A stretch of DNA of 45,297 bases from Candidatus Gottesmanbacteria bacterium RIFCSPHIGHO2_01_FULL_46_14 (lineage in GTDB: Bacteria > Patescibacteriota > Microgenomatia > UBA10105 > UBA927): positions 1 through 45,297 of the forward strand of contig MFJJ01000014.1 in the NCBI GenBank assembly GCA_001780895.1. Reading direction: 5' to 3'. Positions 1-9,884 of this stretch are shown piece after piece (positions within the stretch are counted from its first letter, which is position 1; each line of letters starts with the position of its first letter). The position numbers were made by a program, and so were the translations under genes. The notes beneath the pieces were generated by a model. The model had not been told where the DNA came from and searched no databases. It saw only the letters and a program-made list of their open reading frames with translations.

Positions 1-7
1 TTTTAAT

Positions 8-460
8 TTAGTATGGACGAATTCGTTCCTGCTTTTTCTGAGTTTGACGCCGGCGCCAGGCAGACCAATCTGAACCTTTCGGCGGAACCGGAAGTAATAC
101 TTTTCCGATTGTTTCATCTACTTTATCGAGGATATCACTGAATTTTTCCTGCCGGAGAATCCTCTCCAGAATCTTTTGATATCCCCGTCCACGATATTTT
201 ACCCATACACTTACGCTTGATACTGTAGGAAAACTCACTTTCAGTGTAGACTGGATAGTCCTATAATCAAATCCTTTAACCAACATGAGCGCGATCGAAA
301 GTCTCTTTGCAAGTACTATTCGTTCCGTAGGCGTGAGAAAATCCTCAAGGAATGCGGAAACATCGCTCTCGTTATTAAGCTCTGCAATTGTATGGAAGAA
401 TAAATCAAATATTCTTTTCTCTACTATAGAACTGACTCTTCGATTAGATACTTGTGCCAT
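8..460 (-). CDS. TrpR-like (YerC/YecD family) helix-turn-helix repressor
   Basis: FLEDFLTPTERIVLAKRLSIALMLVKGFDYRTIQSTLKVSFPTVSSV fits the Trp-repressor-family pattern (L.T..E...l..R...a..L..G..y..I......S..Tv); basic C-terminal tail. Confidence 0.8.
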   Translation of the reverse strand: MAQVSNRRVSSIVEKRIFDLFFHTIAELNNESDVSAFLEDFLTPTERIVLAKRLSIALMLVKGFDYRTIQSTLKVSFPTVSSVSVWVKYRGRGYQKILERILRQEKFSDILDKVDETIGKVLLPVPPKGSDWSAWRRRQTQKKQERIRPY

Positions 461-461
461 A

Positions 462-483
462 TAAAATGATTCAAATCATTTTA
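462..483. promoter_or_regulatory. 22-bp palindrome copy 1 (TAAAATGATT-CA-AATCATTTTA), putative operator
   Basis: Perfect 10-bp arms with a 2-nt spacer; fills almost the whole 461-484 intergenic gap and ends 1 nt from the TrpR-like ATG; exact copies at 10639 and 19952 (reverse complement). Confidence 0.75.
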
Positions 484-484
484 A

Positions 485-1078
485 TTATTGTGTGATGATG
501 TGAATGCGGGCGTTGTCAACGTAGACGTCGTAGGCTAAGCTTGATTTAAGATACACTTGATAGAGCTTGTTACCTGGTTCGAGAGTAATCGTGGCTTCTT
601 TTCTGACAAGCCCCCCGCCTTCAAAATATACCTCGCTAAACCACACGTCGTGTTTATCGGTCGCGTTGAAAAGTTTGGCGTAGGTACGGCCATTTCCCGT
701 GGGGTTTCTCAAAAAAACTTCAAATGTCACGCGTTTGATTGAATCATAGAGCGCCGTATCAATGTAGACTTGGGCCCCATCAAGTGCCACATACTCGTTA
801 CTTTTTGTCGTCCCTGATCCCAAGGGGATATAGTATTCTTTCGCTTGAGAAATTGGACCCTGTATGAACGTGGGGAGAGTCGGTGCTGGAGTAAAAACGA
901 CGTATGGTGTTGGCCCCGATACAATCGGGGTTGGGGTACTGGTAGGCTGGGGATCGCGATAAGAAACAATAGGCTCTGATTTCCCTTGAGAAAAAATAAT
1001 AATATCAATCCATACCAAATTGATCGCAACGAGAAGCAAAATTGCCGTGAGCGCTCCAATGATAGGATTACGAAGCAT
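485..1078 (-). CDS. Membrane-anchored hypothetical protein with Pro/Thr-rich linker and C-terminal beta-rich domain
   Basis: N-terminal TM (IIGALTAILLLVAINLVWIDIIIF) then PQPTSTPTP...PTP...TPAPTLPT; start placed at ATG 1078 (MLRNP), which overlaps the end of the upstream gene. Confidence 0.7.
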   Translation of the reverse strand: MLRNPIIGALTAILLLVAINLVWIDIIIFSQGKSEPIVSYRDPQPTSTPTPIVSGPTPYVVFTPAPTLPTFIQGPISQAKEYYIPLGSGTTKSNEYVALDGAQVYIDTALYDSIKRVTFEVFLRNPTGNGRTYAKLFNATDKHDVWFSEVYFEGGGLVRKEATITLEPGNKLYQVYLKSSLAYDVYVDNARIHIITQ

Positions 1079-1970
1079 ATAGTTTTCGAACAAATCGTTT
1101 CCAAACTCTCGCGAGCGGATTTAGTTCTGTCTCAATCTCTACCGTTTTAGTCCAATATTCTATCTCTTTGCCTCTATCGTGAAGCTCTCGAGTTACGATG
1201 GGAAAGTTCAATTCAATATCGACGAATTTAGATCGCTCCCATAGCTTGGCAAACACAATAAAGGAATAGAATGCCTGAAGAATTGCCAGAACCAGTCCGT
1301 GCAGCCCGTCTTTATATCCGCTTTGAGCAAAAAAAATCTTAATAAAATCGGAAATCGGGAACCGCAATGCATCCATCCAGGAGATCTGGTACCCACTTTG
1401 GATGTGTTTGGCAACTTCGCTTTCGGTATAAATGGTATCCATTTTGCCGATAAATTGAGAAATAGATGAATAATTGTAGTGAATATACGGTTCGTTCAGT
1501 TCACCCGTTATCCCCACGACCTCCAAGTATTCATGGACATGTTTCCCGGGAAATTTTCCCGATCCTCTCCGAAATAATCTCAATTGCTTATCCGGCCACC
1601 AAAGACCATGACGAATCCAACGCCTAAAAATAATATTTTTCCTTGGGATCCAATATCCGGCGGTGTCGGTCGCACCAATAGCAATCTTTATCTCCGCTGC
1701 CAAACCCTCTGGTATTTCCTCGTCGCTATCAAGGGAAAGAATCCATTCGCTTTTTGCCTTCGTAAACCCAAAGTTTTTATTGACGTTTAACATTGGATTA
1801 TTTTCTTTTGTAAGTATTTTTGCCTTGAATTTATTTGCGATTGCCACGGTGTCATCAGTTGACTCATTGTCTATAACAATAATCTCGTCTGCCCATCGGA
1901 CGGAGGCGAGCGTCCTCGGGAGAGTTTGACTGGCATTAAGGGCAGAAATCACGACACTTATCGTCGCCAT
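1068..1970 (-). CDS. GT2 glycosyltransferase (WaaE/KdtX-like beta-1,4-glucosyltransferase subfamily)
   Basis: EIIVIDNESTDDT, WILSLDSDE (DxD), WPDKQLRLF, VHE and YKDGLHG motifs. Confidence 0.85.
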   Translation of the reverse strand: MATISVVISALNASQTLPRTLASVRWADEIIVIDNESTDDTVAIANKFKAKILTKENNPMLNVNKNFGFTKAKSEWILSLDSDEEIPEGLAAEIKIAIGATDTAGYWIPRKNIIFRRWIRHGLWWPDKQLRLFRRGSGKFPGKHVHEYLEVVGITGELNEPYIHYNYSSISQFIGKMDTIYTESEVAKHIQSGYQISWMDALRFPISDFIKIFFAQSGYKDGLHGLVLAILQAFYSFIVFAKLWERSKFVDIELNFPIVTRELHDRGKEIEYWTKTVEIETELNPLARVWKRFVRKLYAS

Positions 1971-3409
1971 AGTGGAAATTTTTCTAAAATTGAACTGATC
2001 CGAACACGCTCAAATCTCCAAAGAACACCCACATACAGTATAACACCGCCGATTCCCACAATGACCGTTGCAACAATATTTTTAGGGATAATGTGCAAAC
2101 TCCCAAAATACCATAGGAGCTGGACCGATACTGCCAGAATCGGGAAGCGGACACTGTGCCAAAAAGAAAACGGACAAATAGAACGAGCCAAATACACCAC
2201 GAGAACCAAGGTAGACGTGATCAATAGTAACGCCAGAGCAACTCCGTTAAATCCAAACATATTGACCAATAACATGGTCAAAATCCACGTTGAGGAAGTC
2301 CATAAAACCATGAGAATTAGTGTTATTTTGATTCGCCCCACGGCATTGAGCGCATTTGTGAGTGGAGTAGACAAACTTGCAATAGCAGAGGCCACGGCAA
2401 AGAGATAAAATGACAAGAGCGCCGGCTCCCACTTCTCGTACCGGGGAATAATGCTCACGAGGGGTGCGATTCCAAACAAAAGTCCGGCCATAATCGGGAA
2501 AATGCTAGCAGCCAATCCGAAGAGTGTTTTTTCGATAGCCCTTCCAAGCACTCCCACTTCATGCTGGAGTCGTGAAAATGTCGGGAAGGTCACGCGTATG
2601 ACGCTATCCATAATTAATCGGAGCGGTACTTCCGCCCATTTTTTTGCCCAACCTATGTATCCCACTTCGGTAAAGGTGAGTATTTTTCCCAGCATGACGG
2701 TCAGTAAATCATCTTTGACAAGTGCAAGGAGTGAGTTTGCTTGAAACGGTAAACCAAAACGAAGAAGTTTTCGCGCTGAAGCGCGATCTATTCCGAGAGA
2801 CGGTCGCCAGGGCGAAACAATATAAATTGCAACCAGCCCGATCACGGAGCGCATGAGTACGGCCCATGCAAAACTCATTGTTCCCAAGCCCTGCCACGCC
2901 AGAACGACGGCAGTAGCATAAAATCCAAGCGTTTCAACGATTTGTGGTATGACGAGCTTTTGAAAATCTAATTTTCGCTCCAGGATTACCGATGGGATGG
3001 TTTTGAGCGATGAAAGAAAAAATGCAACAATGAGTGATCGATACAACCACTGTCCATCCCCGTCGAGTCCATAAAATTTACCAATTACCGACGTAAGAAA
3101 AAACGCCAAAATAACAAGAACTACAACGAGCCCTTGTTGGATGGTAAACGTTGTCATCAGGTCACGATCGGTTACCGCTTCCTTTTTTTGAATGAGTGCA
3201 GCAGCAAGGCCTATATCAGAAAAATAATTGAGGAATGCAATAATAGCCGATACGACATAAAAAACCCCAAATGCCGCAGGGGACAAAAAAATAGTCAGGA
3301 GAAACGTTCCGCCGAAGGCAATAACCTGAAGAACAAATGTACGGGATGTCAGAGCTAAAATCCCTTTAATCGATTTTTGTTTAATAACTTCAAGCGATAC
3401 GTCTTCCAT
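1958..3409 (-). CDS. wzx: Wzx-type oligosaccharide flippase (MOP/PST family, WzxC-like)
   Basis: Many TM segments; LSPAAFG, FSDIGLAAALIQKK, LERKLDF, FPTFSRLQ motifs. Confidence 0.85.
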   Translation of the reverse strand: MEDVSLEVIKQKSIKGILALTSRTFVLQVIAFGGTFLLTIFLSPAAFGVFYVVSAIIAFLNYFSDIGLAAALIQKKEAVTDRDLMTTFTIQQGLVVVLVILAFFLTSVIGKFYGLDGDGQWLYRSLIVAFFLSSLKTIPSVILERKLDFQKLVIPQIVETLGFYATAVVLAWQGLGTMSFAWAVLMRSVIGLVAIYIVSPWRPSLGIDRASARKLLRFGLPFQANSLLALVKDDLLTVMLGKILTFTEVGYIGWAKKWAEVPLRLIMDSVIRVTFPTFSRLQHEVGVLGRAIEKTLFGLAASIFPIMAGLLFGIAPLVSIIPRYEKWEPALLSFYLFAVASAIASLSTPLTNALNAVGRIKITLILMVLWTSSTWILTMLLVNMFGFNGVALALLLITSTLVLVVYLARSICPFSFWHSVRFPILAVSVQLLWYFGSLHIIPKNIVATVIVGIGGVILYVGVLWRFERVRISSILEKFPLWRR

Positions 3410-4139
3410 AAGAAAAATTCCTCCAAGGCCTCCTCACCAACAGTCTCCAAAGTCCTTCTACATCACCGCGGGCCGTATGAAGCACACGAACCGTGGATCC
3501 CGGATTATCTATCCAGGTGACGGGCTCATCATAGATCCTAAACCCGAGTTTTTCGGCAAGGATCAGAAACTCCGTATCAAAAAACCATTCATCGTCCTGC
3601 ACCCGGGGTATAAGAAAATCAACAGCACGGCGTGTTGCCGCTTTAAATCCGCACTGTGCGTCAGTAAAATGCACCCAAAACAAAAGCTTGATGAGCACGA
3701 TATATCCTTTCGATGTTATAGTTCTTAACATATTTCTTCCATAGACACGCGCGCCTTTGGCATTTCTCGATCCAATCGCCACGTCATAACCCCGGGCTAA
3801 TGCCCCGATGAGCGCTGGCAGATGTTTTAGATCAGTCGAAAGGTCTACATCCATATAGGCAACAAAATCCGTTTTTACCCGTGTCCATGCATATTTGACC
3901 GCGCGACCCCTCCCTTTTTCATCCAAATGAAGAGCAGTGATTCTTTTATTGTTGAGGCTCAAGTCACGGGCGATCGCGTAGGTACGATCTGTTGAAGCAT
4001 TATCCACAATACTCATCTGCCAATTGATCATTGCAAGATGTTTCTGTAAAAAATCTACGAGCGTAGTTATGTTCGTAGCAAGCTCCTTTTCTTCGTTGTA
4101 TACCGGAATTACGACATTAAGTGATTGCTTTTTTTTCAT
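3390..4139 (-). CDS. GT2 polyprenol-phosphate sugar synthase (dolichyl-phosphate glucosyltransferase-like)
   Basis: VIPVYNEE, DNASTD, KGRGRAV, YMDVDLST, IGSR, TDAQCGFKA, WFFDTE; start placed at ATG 4139 (MKKKQSL). Confidence 0.85.
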   Translation of the reverse strand: MKKKQSLNVVIPVYNEEKELATNITTLVDFLQKHLAMINWQMSIVDNASTDRTYAIARDLSLNNKRITALHLDEKGRGRAVKYAWTRVKTDFVAYMDVDLSTDLKHLPALIGALARGYDVAIGSRNAKGARVYGRNMLRTITSKGYIVLIKLLFWVHFTDAQCGFKAATRRAVDFLIPRVQDDEWFFDTEFLILAEKLGFRIYDEPVTWIDNPGSTVRVLHTARGDVEGLWRLLVRRPWRNFSYGRRIA

Positions 4140-5787
4140 GACGCGAAAACAAAAAGATACTATATAAAATTGAAAGCAATGAAACAACGTTCCCGACTAT
4201 CCGCACAGGCGTATCGGTAAATCGTGATTGAAAAAGATACGTCCCGGCCGGCAGAACAATCGTCGGCAATCCATGATCAAGAGCCGGCTCAATCTCTTTC
4301 CCTTCTATATAATATCGCCATCCCGGAAAATGGGCGCGATTGATGGTAACCATCTCTTGCTCCCGCACTGTTATCATTGCTTTTGTATATGTCTCCGTGT
4401 CTATCTCTGTTTCTACGGATCCGTTATTGGGTGTTTTAACAGTTGTTTTTGGAATCTCACCCGCGGCTCCTGGCTTGGTGACACTTGGTGGAAGATATTC
4501 GTCTGATATTTTCGAAACTCGAAACCTCAATTCTTCGTCAGTTTCAAATGCAGCGGGATCTCGAGTATATCCATATTGGGGCTCAAATAATTTCCCATTG
4601 ACGCCGACAATACCCAAAACTGCAATTAAAACAAAAATACCGCGCATCCATTGCTTTTGAACAAGCACAACACTTGCACCCGCAAACACCGAAAGGCCAA
4701 AAACGCTAAAAACCAACATGCGCCATGGATACTGGATAAATGACGCCTCAGGTACAATCTGCCAAACCCAACCCGACAGTGGTGTCATGAGAATAATGGA
4801 ACATACAAACAAAAAAAATACGGTTCTGAATATTATCCGGGTCTTTAAAGATACTCTCTTGCTAAAAACTATCAAAGCAATACCACCGAGAGCACCAAGG
4901 AGCAGATGCACTTTTCCGAGTTTAAAAGACATCCCCTCGATACATCCCGGCACCGATCCACCAAACCCCCAATCCGATTGCCACAGCTGACCTAAACAAA
5001 CAAAATGATCGCCCCAAAAGGCAGTTGTCCCAATTTGGCCGGCAACTGAAGTAAAACCCATTTCAAAAAATGCCGGTAACCAGAAAAACATAGTCAGTCC
5101 CAATCCAAAAAGAAGAAGCAAGACATAATTCCGAAATGTCACCATCGACCCCTTGCCAAACAACAACACTGCCAGCCCATACATACCAATGCCCAATGCC
5201 AGTCCTAAGGTGGTTATATATCCCATGATGGTGTGAGACAGGATAACGCCAGCTAGCCCCATACTACCCACAACGACACCGCCAAAACGGAAATTCTTTG
5301 AGGCCATCACGAGTCCCAAAAATATAATGGGGAGAAACATAAACATCCAAAATTCGCCGACAGCCCCACGAACGTAAATCTCTACCGCATGATAGGGTGC
5401 ATAAACATAGGCTACTGCAGCAACTAATCCAGCGAGGTTTCCAAAAAGGTATTGAACGAAAAGAAACATGGTGAGACCTGCACCGATAATTCCCAAAGCA
5501 AACATAAGTTTAGTTGCAGTAAGTCCAGACAGTCCAGCTGCATAGAGTGCTCCTCCAACGTAATATGGCAACGGGCCGTAAAAATTAAACAACGGGTATC
5601 CGTATCCATACCCTAAATCGGTAACCCAACGCACCGGAAACTGGCCGTTTCGAACCGCTCTTCCCATAACAACAACTCTTCCCACTTGCGTATCGTCATG
5701 CATGGGAAAAAATCCAGAATACAATAACGGTCGTACACTTACGAGTGTCACGCACAATAAAAACAGTCCAATGAGTGCTGATTTCAT
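4117..5787 (-). CDS. GT-C-like polytopic membrane protein (PTPS-related/YfhO-like family)
   Basis: MHDD acidic loop, GQFPVRW..DL.YGYGYPLFNFY, APYHAVEIYVRGAVGE, FFWLPA, QYPWR, DEYLP, FPGW. Confidence 0.8.
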   Translation of the reverse strand: MKSALIGLFLLCVTLVSVRPLLYSGFFPMHDDTQVGRVVVMGRAVRNGQFPVRWVTDLGYGYGYPLFNFYGPLPYYVGGALYAAGLSGLTATKLMFALGIIGAGLTMFLFVQYLFGNLAGLVAAVAYVYAPYHAVEIYVRGAVGEFWMFMFLPIIFLGLVMASKNFRFGGVVVGSMGLAGVILSHTIMGYITTLGLALGIGMYGLAVLLFGKGSMVTFRNYVLLLLFGLGLTMFFWLPAFFEMGFTSVAGQIGTTAFWGDHFVCLGQLWQSDWGFGGSVPGCIEGMSFKLGKVHLLLGALGGIALIVFSKRVSLKTRIIFRTVFFLFVCSIILMTPLSGWVWQIVPEASFIQYPWRMLVFSVFGLSVFAGASVVLVQKQWMRGIFVLIAVLGIVGVNGKLFEPQYGYTRDPAAFETDEELRFRVSKISDEYLPPSVTKPGAAGEIPKTTVKTPNNGSVETEIDTETYTKAMITVREQEMVTINRAHFPGWRYYIEGKEIEPALDHGLPTIVLPAGTYLFQSRFTDTPVRIVGNVVSLLSILYSIFLFSRHEKKAIT

Positions 5788-7313
5788 ATTGTTCGTTTCC
5801 TCGTCAAACGTCGTCGGACGACAAATACACTATAGAGAATAATACTTGCAAGCGTTACGCTGTCGGCAACAAACCGTTCGGGCGTTTCACGAAATTCTGC
5901 AACAAAATGATGGGATCCTTTGGGTACGGCAACACGCATAAGTCCCCGGTCATTTCTCCAATCTAAAGGAGCGGGATGCCCGTCGACAGTCACTCCCCAT
6001 CCCGGATAATAAATCGTATTGAGTGCAATAATAGAATTCTCTTCAAGGGTCAGGTCTACATCTACGCGCTGCGTATTAACAATACGCTGCTCGATGGTAC
6101 CCCGTCCCTGAAATATTTCTATTCTATTGCTATTCCGTTCGCTTGACATGGCACCGACCCAACGGGGCATATACTCGTCTTTGACTGTCGTTGTCGCTTC
6201 ATTGGTTGTGTAGTAGCCTTCGGGACGGTCAACATAGGCAACACTACCAAGGATCGGCACGAGAGATACAACCCCAAGGATGACGTATACGCCCACCAGT
6301 TTATTTCTCGATGACTTCAAGTATTCAACGGAGCTCGCCACAAGCCAGGGTCCCGAGAGGAGGACGAGGGCAAGCATTCGAAACGGAAATTGAAATAGTG
6401 TCAAAAAAATATCCATATTCCAGAGTACCTCTGACCAGGGCGACGCAAGAAACAATCCGATAAAAAAACCTCCTGTATAAATACCGCGCGAAGAAAAATA
6501 CTTTCGTCTGCGCGACAGAAGGTACACGATAAGTCCCACAATAAACGGCAAACCGACGAGGGTTAAATTGTTTAAGGTCAAAAAATATTGACGGGGCTGG
6601 GATATGGTGAGCAAACTAAATTTTACCAAATCACGCTCAAGGAGCGCAGGAATCCAAAAAAATGCCGATAACCCGGCACCAAGAACAAGATAACCAAACC
6701 ATACCCAACGTCGGGAAAGAGTCAAATAGAGTGTAAAAAACATGACAAACAAAAGCGCCAAAGAATTGTGAGAAACTATAAGAAACGCAATGCTCAAGGG
6801 AAAAATCAATAAAAATCCTCCTTCGATAGTCCACATCGTCATTGCCGCCGCGGCAAAAGCCAGTATTTCTCCCACGGAACCCCGCGTATAGATATCAAAA
6901 GCCAGATAGGGAGCGGTCAAAAAACTAAACGTACCCACAAAGCTTGACGCCCGCGAAAAACTGCGCCTCAAGCTTGCAAACAAAAAAAGTGCCGCGCCAA
7001 TAACTGACGAAGCAAGAATAATTTTTACGGCACCAACAAACGAAAAGCCCAGCAGACGCAGAATTGATCCGATGTATAAAAATCCCGGATAGAGAAAATT
7101 GGCAACCGGGTATCCGTAGGAATAATTGAGTCGCCCGAGGAACCGCACGGGGAATTGTCCCTCAGCGAGACTTTGATAAAAAGCAGATAGTCGTATGACC
7201 ATCCATTCACCGTCATCGGATACATAAAACCCTCGTTTGAACAGCGGCCACAAAACGAGCATACTTACCGCAATAACAAGACAATGCCACCATACGTTTC
7301 TCTGTGTTTTCAT
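5784..7313 (-). CDS. GT-C-like polytopic membrane protein (PTPS-related/YfhO-like), paralog of 4117-5787
   Basis: SDDGEW, GQFPVRF...LNYSYGYP, APYLAFDIYTRGSVGE, FFWIPA, QFPFR, DEYMP, YYPGW; start placed at ATG 7313 (MKTQRN). Confidence 0.8.
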   Translation of the reverse strand: MKTQRNVWWHCLVIAVSMLVLWPLFKRGFYVSDDGEWMVIRLSAFYQSLAEGQFPVRFLGRLNYSYGYPVANFLYPGFLYIGSILRLLGFSFVGAVKIILASSVIGAALFLFASLRRSFSRASSFVGTFSFLTAPYLAFDIYTRGSVGEILAFAAAAMTMWTIEGGFLLIFPLSIAFLIVSHNSLALLFVMFFTLYLTLSRRWVWFGYLVLGAGLSAFFWIPALLERDLVKFSLLTISQPRQYFLTLNNLTLVGLPFIVGLIVYLLSRRRKYFSSRGIYTGGFFIGLFLASPWSEVLWNMDIFLTLFQFPFRMLALVLLSGPWLVASSVEYLKSSRNKLVGVYVILGVVSLVPILGSVAYVDRPEGYYTTNEATTTVKDEYMPRWVGAMSSERNSNRIEIFQGRGTIEQRIVNTQRVDVDLTLEENSIIALNTIYYPGWGVTVDGHPAPLDWRNDRGLMRVAVPKGSHHFVAEFRETPERFVADSVTLASIILYSVFVVRRRLTRKRTI

Positions 7314-7317
7314 AAAA

Positions 7318-8811
7318 TCAGAGTCTCGGAAGTGCGAGTTTATATAGCCTGAGGAATCGATCTTTACGGAGTCCCTTTTGCCAGGATCCCACGAGTTGGC
7401 CGAACCAATCCGGAGGTAGCAGACTTTGATTTGCAACCAGGTACGTGGGCTCTTCCCTTATTTTTTCTACTATAGAATCAGGCATTTTCTCAGGCAGCGG
7501 CCAAATTCCGACTATAGTAATATTGGGTCGATCGACAAGATACATTTCAATTGCGTATGGCAGGAGGCCAAATGTGCCTTCAGTAAATACCGTGATGTGC
7601 TGGTTTTGAGATTGTTCTAAAAGAAGCGCATTCACTTCGCGAATACCCCACCCCGCCGGCCAATCACTTATATACTGACCACGATCTGCCTGCGCAATCG
7701 GCGCATAGAGCGGATTAAACAAGAGATAATAAACAGCGATAAGGCTGGGGGCGAATAACCCTATAAAGAGAACCGCCCTCCATACCCTATTTGTTATTTT
7801 CTCAAAAAGCCATACGATGGTTACCGCTGCAGCGATCAACAGAGGCATTGCCAGAAATAACACAAACCGCGGATAAAGCACCCGTCCTGCCGCCGCAAGA
7901 CCAACGAGGGGTACGAGACACCACGCATAGAGAACCAAAAACTCCTTCCGGAATTTGGGCTCCATTGCCGGGGCAATCGCGGCAAAAAAAATTGGCCACG
8001 TAAGATAGGTAATAAGCCAGTCGAAAAGACCACGGAGATTTCCTTCGAGATGTTGTGTCGGGTGAATAATCCATTCACTAAACGAGTACACAAAAACGGT
8101 ATCTTTTTGCGCAACCATATGGAAAAACGGTGATAACCGCAGAACGCTATAGAGAAGCTGAGAAATAATGGCGGCAATCAACACAAAGCCAATCCATCGG
8201 GTAATTCTCTTAGGACTGTTCCAATCGAATAACAATAACGTTGTAGGGATAAGATATAAACTCAAAAAACCTGATGTTTTATTAAGCATCCCCGCTCCAA
8301 GAGTCATGCCGAAAATAAGTGCAATATCGAGCCTCGGGGATCGTGCGAGGCGTATAGCAAGATACAGATTCCATATAAAAAAAGTCGCGACCAAACTATC
8401 GTAGAGTGCCATGCGGTCGTATACGAGCGCAAATGGCGAGATCAGATAGAGAAGTGCGCTTGTCCAGGCTACTTCCTTTCTTTTGAATATCTCATAGCTC
8501 AGAACCCATATCCCGGCCATGCTCGCAGCTCCGGCTATAACCGAAGCAAATCGCCCCACAAACAATGGGTCAGCAGGAATGAGGCGAAAAAGTACCATCA
8601 CAACCCAGGTAAATAGCGGCTGTTTACCGTCGACAAGAGAAATAAAGCGCCAATTGGCGTCTTGTGCTCCTATCTGGCTCCATCGAATGTAAATAGCCTC
8701 ATCGGTGAATATGGGAATTTGTGTGAGGTTAACAAGCCTCGTGACTGCGTAGAAGGCAGCAAATAGGACAATCAGGAGGATCGTGAAAAAGAGCCCGCGA
8801 CCTCGTGCCAT
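7318..8811 (-). CDS. GT-C glycosyltransferase (PMT/ArnT-like)
   Basis: TRLVNL...PIFTDEAIY, GKQPLF, GRFAS, SPF...YDRMALYDSL, KTSG; start placed at ATG 8811 (MARGRG). Confidence 0.8.
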   Translation of the reverse strand: MARGRGLFFTILLIVLFAAFYAVTRLVNLTQIPIFTDEAIYIRWSQIGAQDANWRFISLVDGKQPLFTWVVMVLFRLIPADPLFVGRFASVIAGAASMAGIWVLSYEIFKRKEVAWTSALLYLISPFALVYDRMALYDSLVATFFIWNLYLAIRLARSPRLDIALIFGMTLGAGMLNKTSGFLSLYLIPTTLLLFDWNSPKRITRWIGFVLIAAIISQLLYSVLRLSPFFHMVAQKDTVFVYSFSEWIIHPTQHLEGNLRGLFDWLITYLTWPIFFAAIAPAMEPKFRKEFLVLYAWCLVPLVGLAAAGRVLYPRFVLFLAMPLLIAAAVTIVWLFEKITNRVWRAVLFIGLFAPSLIAVYYLLFNPLYAPIAQADRGQYISDWPAGWGIREVNALLLEQSQNQHITVFTEGTFGLLPYAIEMYLVDRPNITIVGIWPLPEKMPDSIVEKIREEPTYLVANQSLLPPDWFGQLVGSWQKGLRKDRFLRLYKLALPRL

Positions 8812-9884
8812 ATACTGATTATAGCAGTAATACCAATGGGAATGAGGGTTAACCAGAGCTTGGCTTCGGGTGCCGGAGGGTCCCAGTTGCCGAGGTAAAG
8901 ATATGGAAGGTAACGCAGAAGCAAACCAATAGATACTCCGAGAGAAATAATAAACAGATTGCGCGACCGGGGCAGAAGCGCGACAAAGGGCATAATCCAA
9001 ACCCAATACCAGGGAAGAACTTCCCGATCACGAATGACAAAGAGAAGTCCGGCAAGCATGGCAAATAATGCCCATTTTCTGTTACCGAAAACAGGAAAGA
9101 GTGTAGCTGTCATTAGTTTGAGCCCAACAGAGGCGGCCAACGCAAGCCATGACCGATAGTACCATGCGACCATCGCAATCCCCATCATCACGATGTCGTT
9201 ATGCGGACTTACAACACTTTCTATTAAAATGAGCGGATTTAATGCAAAAATCGTCATACCTACGAACTTATTTTTATGATCCTCCCGGCCCAGTATTTTT
9301 CCAATCATGAATGTAGTTAGGAGGTAAAAGCTGGCAAACAGAAGCTTCATGTTCCACATAGTAAGGAGGAATACCCCAAATCCAAACAGATATGGCGGGA
9401 GTGACAACAAAATCCAAAGTGGCGTGTAGGCACTGGGCAGATGCGTCCAGCGCATGAACGATAACCATGGTTCAATCCCGGTAAGTTGCAACGGAATGAT
9501 GGTATAGGGATTGGTATGATAGACCAAAATTGTTTTTGCCGTAAACATATAATTATAGATGTCATAGGAAAATGCAGGATAGGAAAACAGGAGTATGGCG
9601 CTTATCGTGACGACCAGACGCCAAAAAAACACTTTGGTAAGTTTGCCTTGCCGTGCCAAACCAACTGCCCAAATATAAAGAACAGTCAGAGACGTTAACA
9701 AACCGACAAACAGCCCCGAGGATATGTCTCGGCGGAAATAGCCGATATTTTGAAACGACTTCTGAATAATCTGCCAAACGCTACTACGCGAAAGCGTTAA
9801 ATTAAGATCGACCTGGGTATAGGAATACAGAAAGATTTCCAAAGAAACGAGAATATACAGGAAAAACAATATTCGTTGTTTCAC
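8772..9884 (-). CDS. GT-C glycosyltransferase, MptA/MptB-like polyprenol-phosphate-sugar dependent transferase
   Basis: PAFSYDIYNY, NPY, PSAYTPLW, FALNPL..IE...SPHND, PWY; GTG start at 9884 coupled to the upstream stop. Confidence 0.75.
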   Translation of the reverse strand: MKQRILFFLYILVSLEIFLYSYTQVDLNLTLSRSSVWQIIQKSFQNIGYFRRDISSGLFVGLLTSLTVLYIWAVGLARQGKLTKVFFWRLVVTISAILLFSYPAFSYDIYNYMFTAKTILVYHTNPYTIIPLQLTGIEPWLSFMRWTHLPSAYTPLWILLSLPPYLFGFGVFLLTMWNMKLLFASFYLLTTFMIGKILGREDHKNKFVGMTIFALNPLILIESVVSPHNDIVMMGIAMVAWYYRSWLALAASVGLKLMTATLFPVFGNRKWALFAMLAGLLFVIRDREVLPWYWVWIMPFVALLPRSRNLFIISLGVSIGLLLRYLPYLYLGNWDPPAPEAKLWLTLIPIGITAIISIWHEVAGSFSRSS

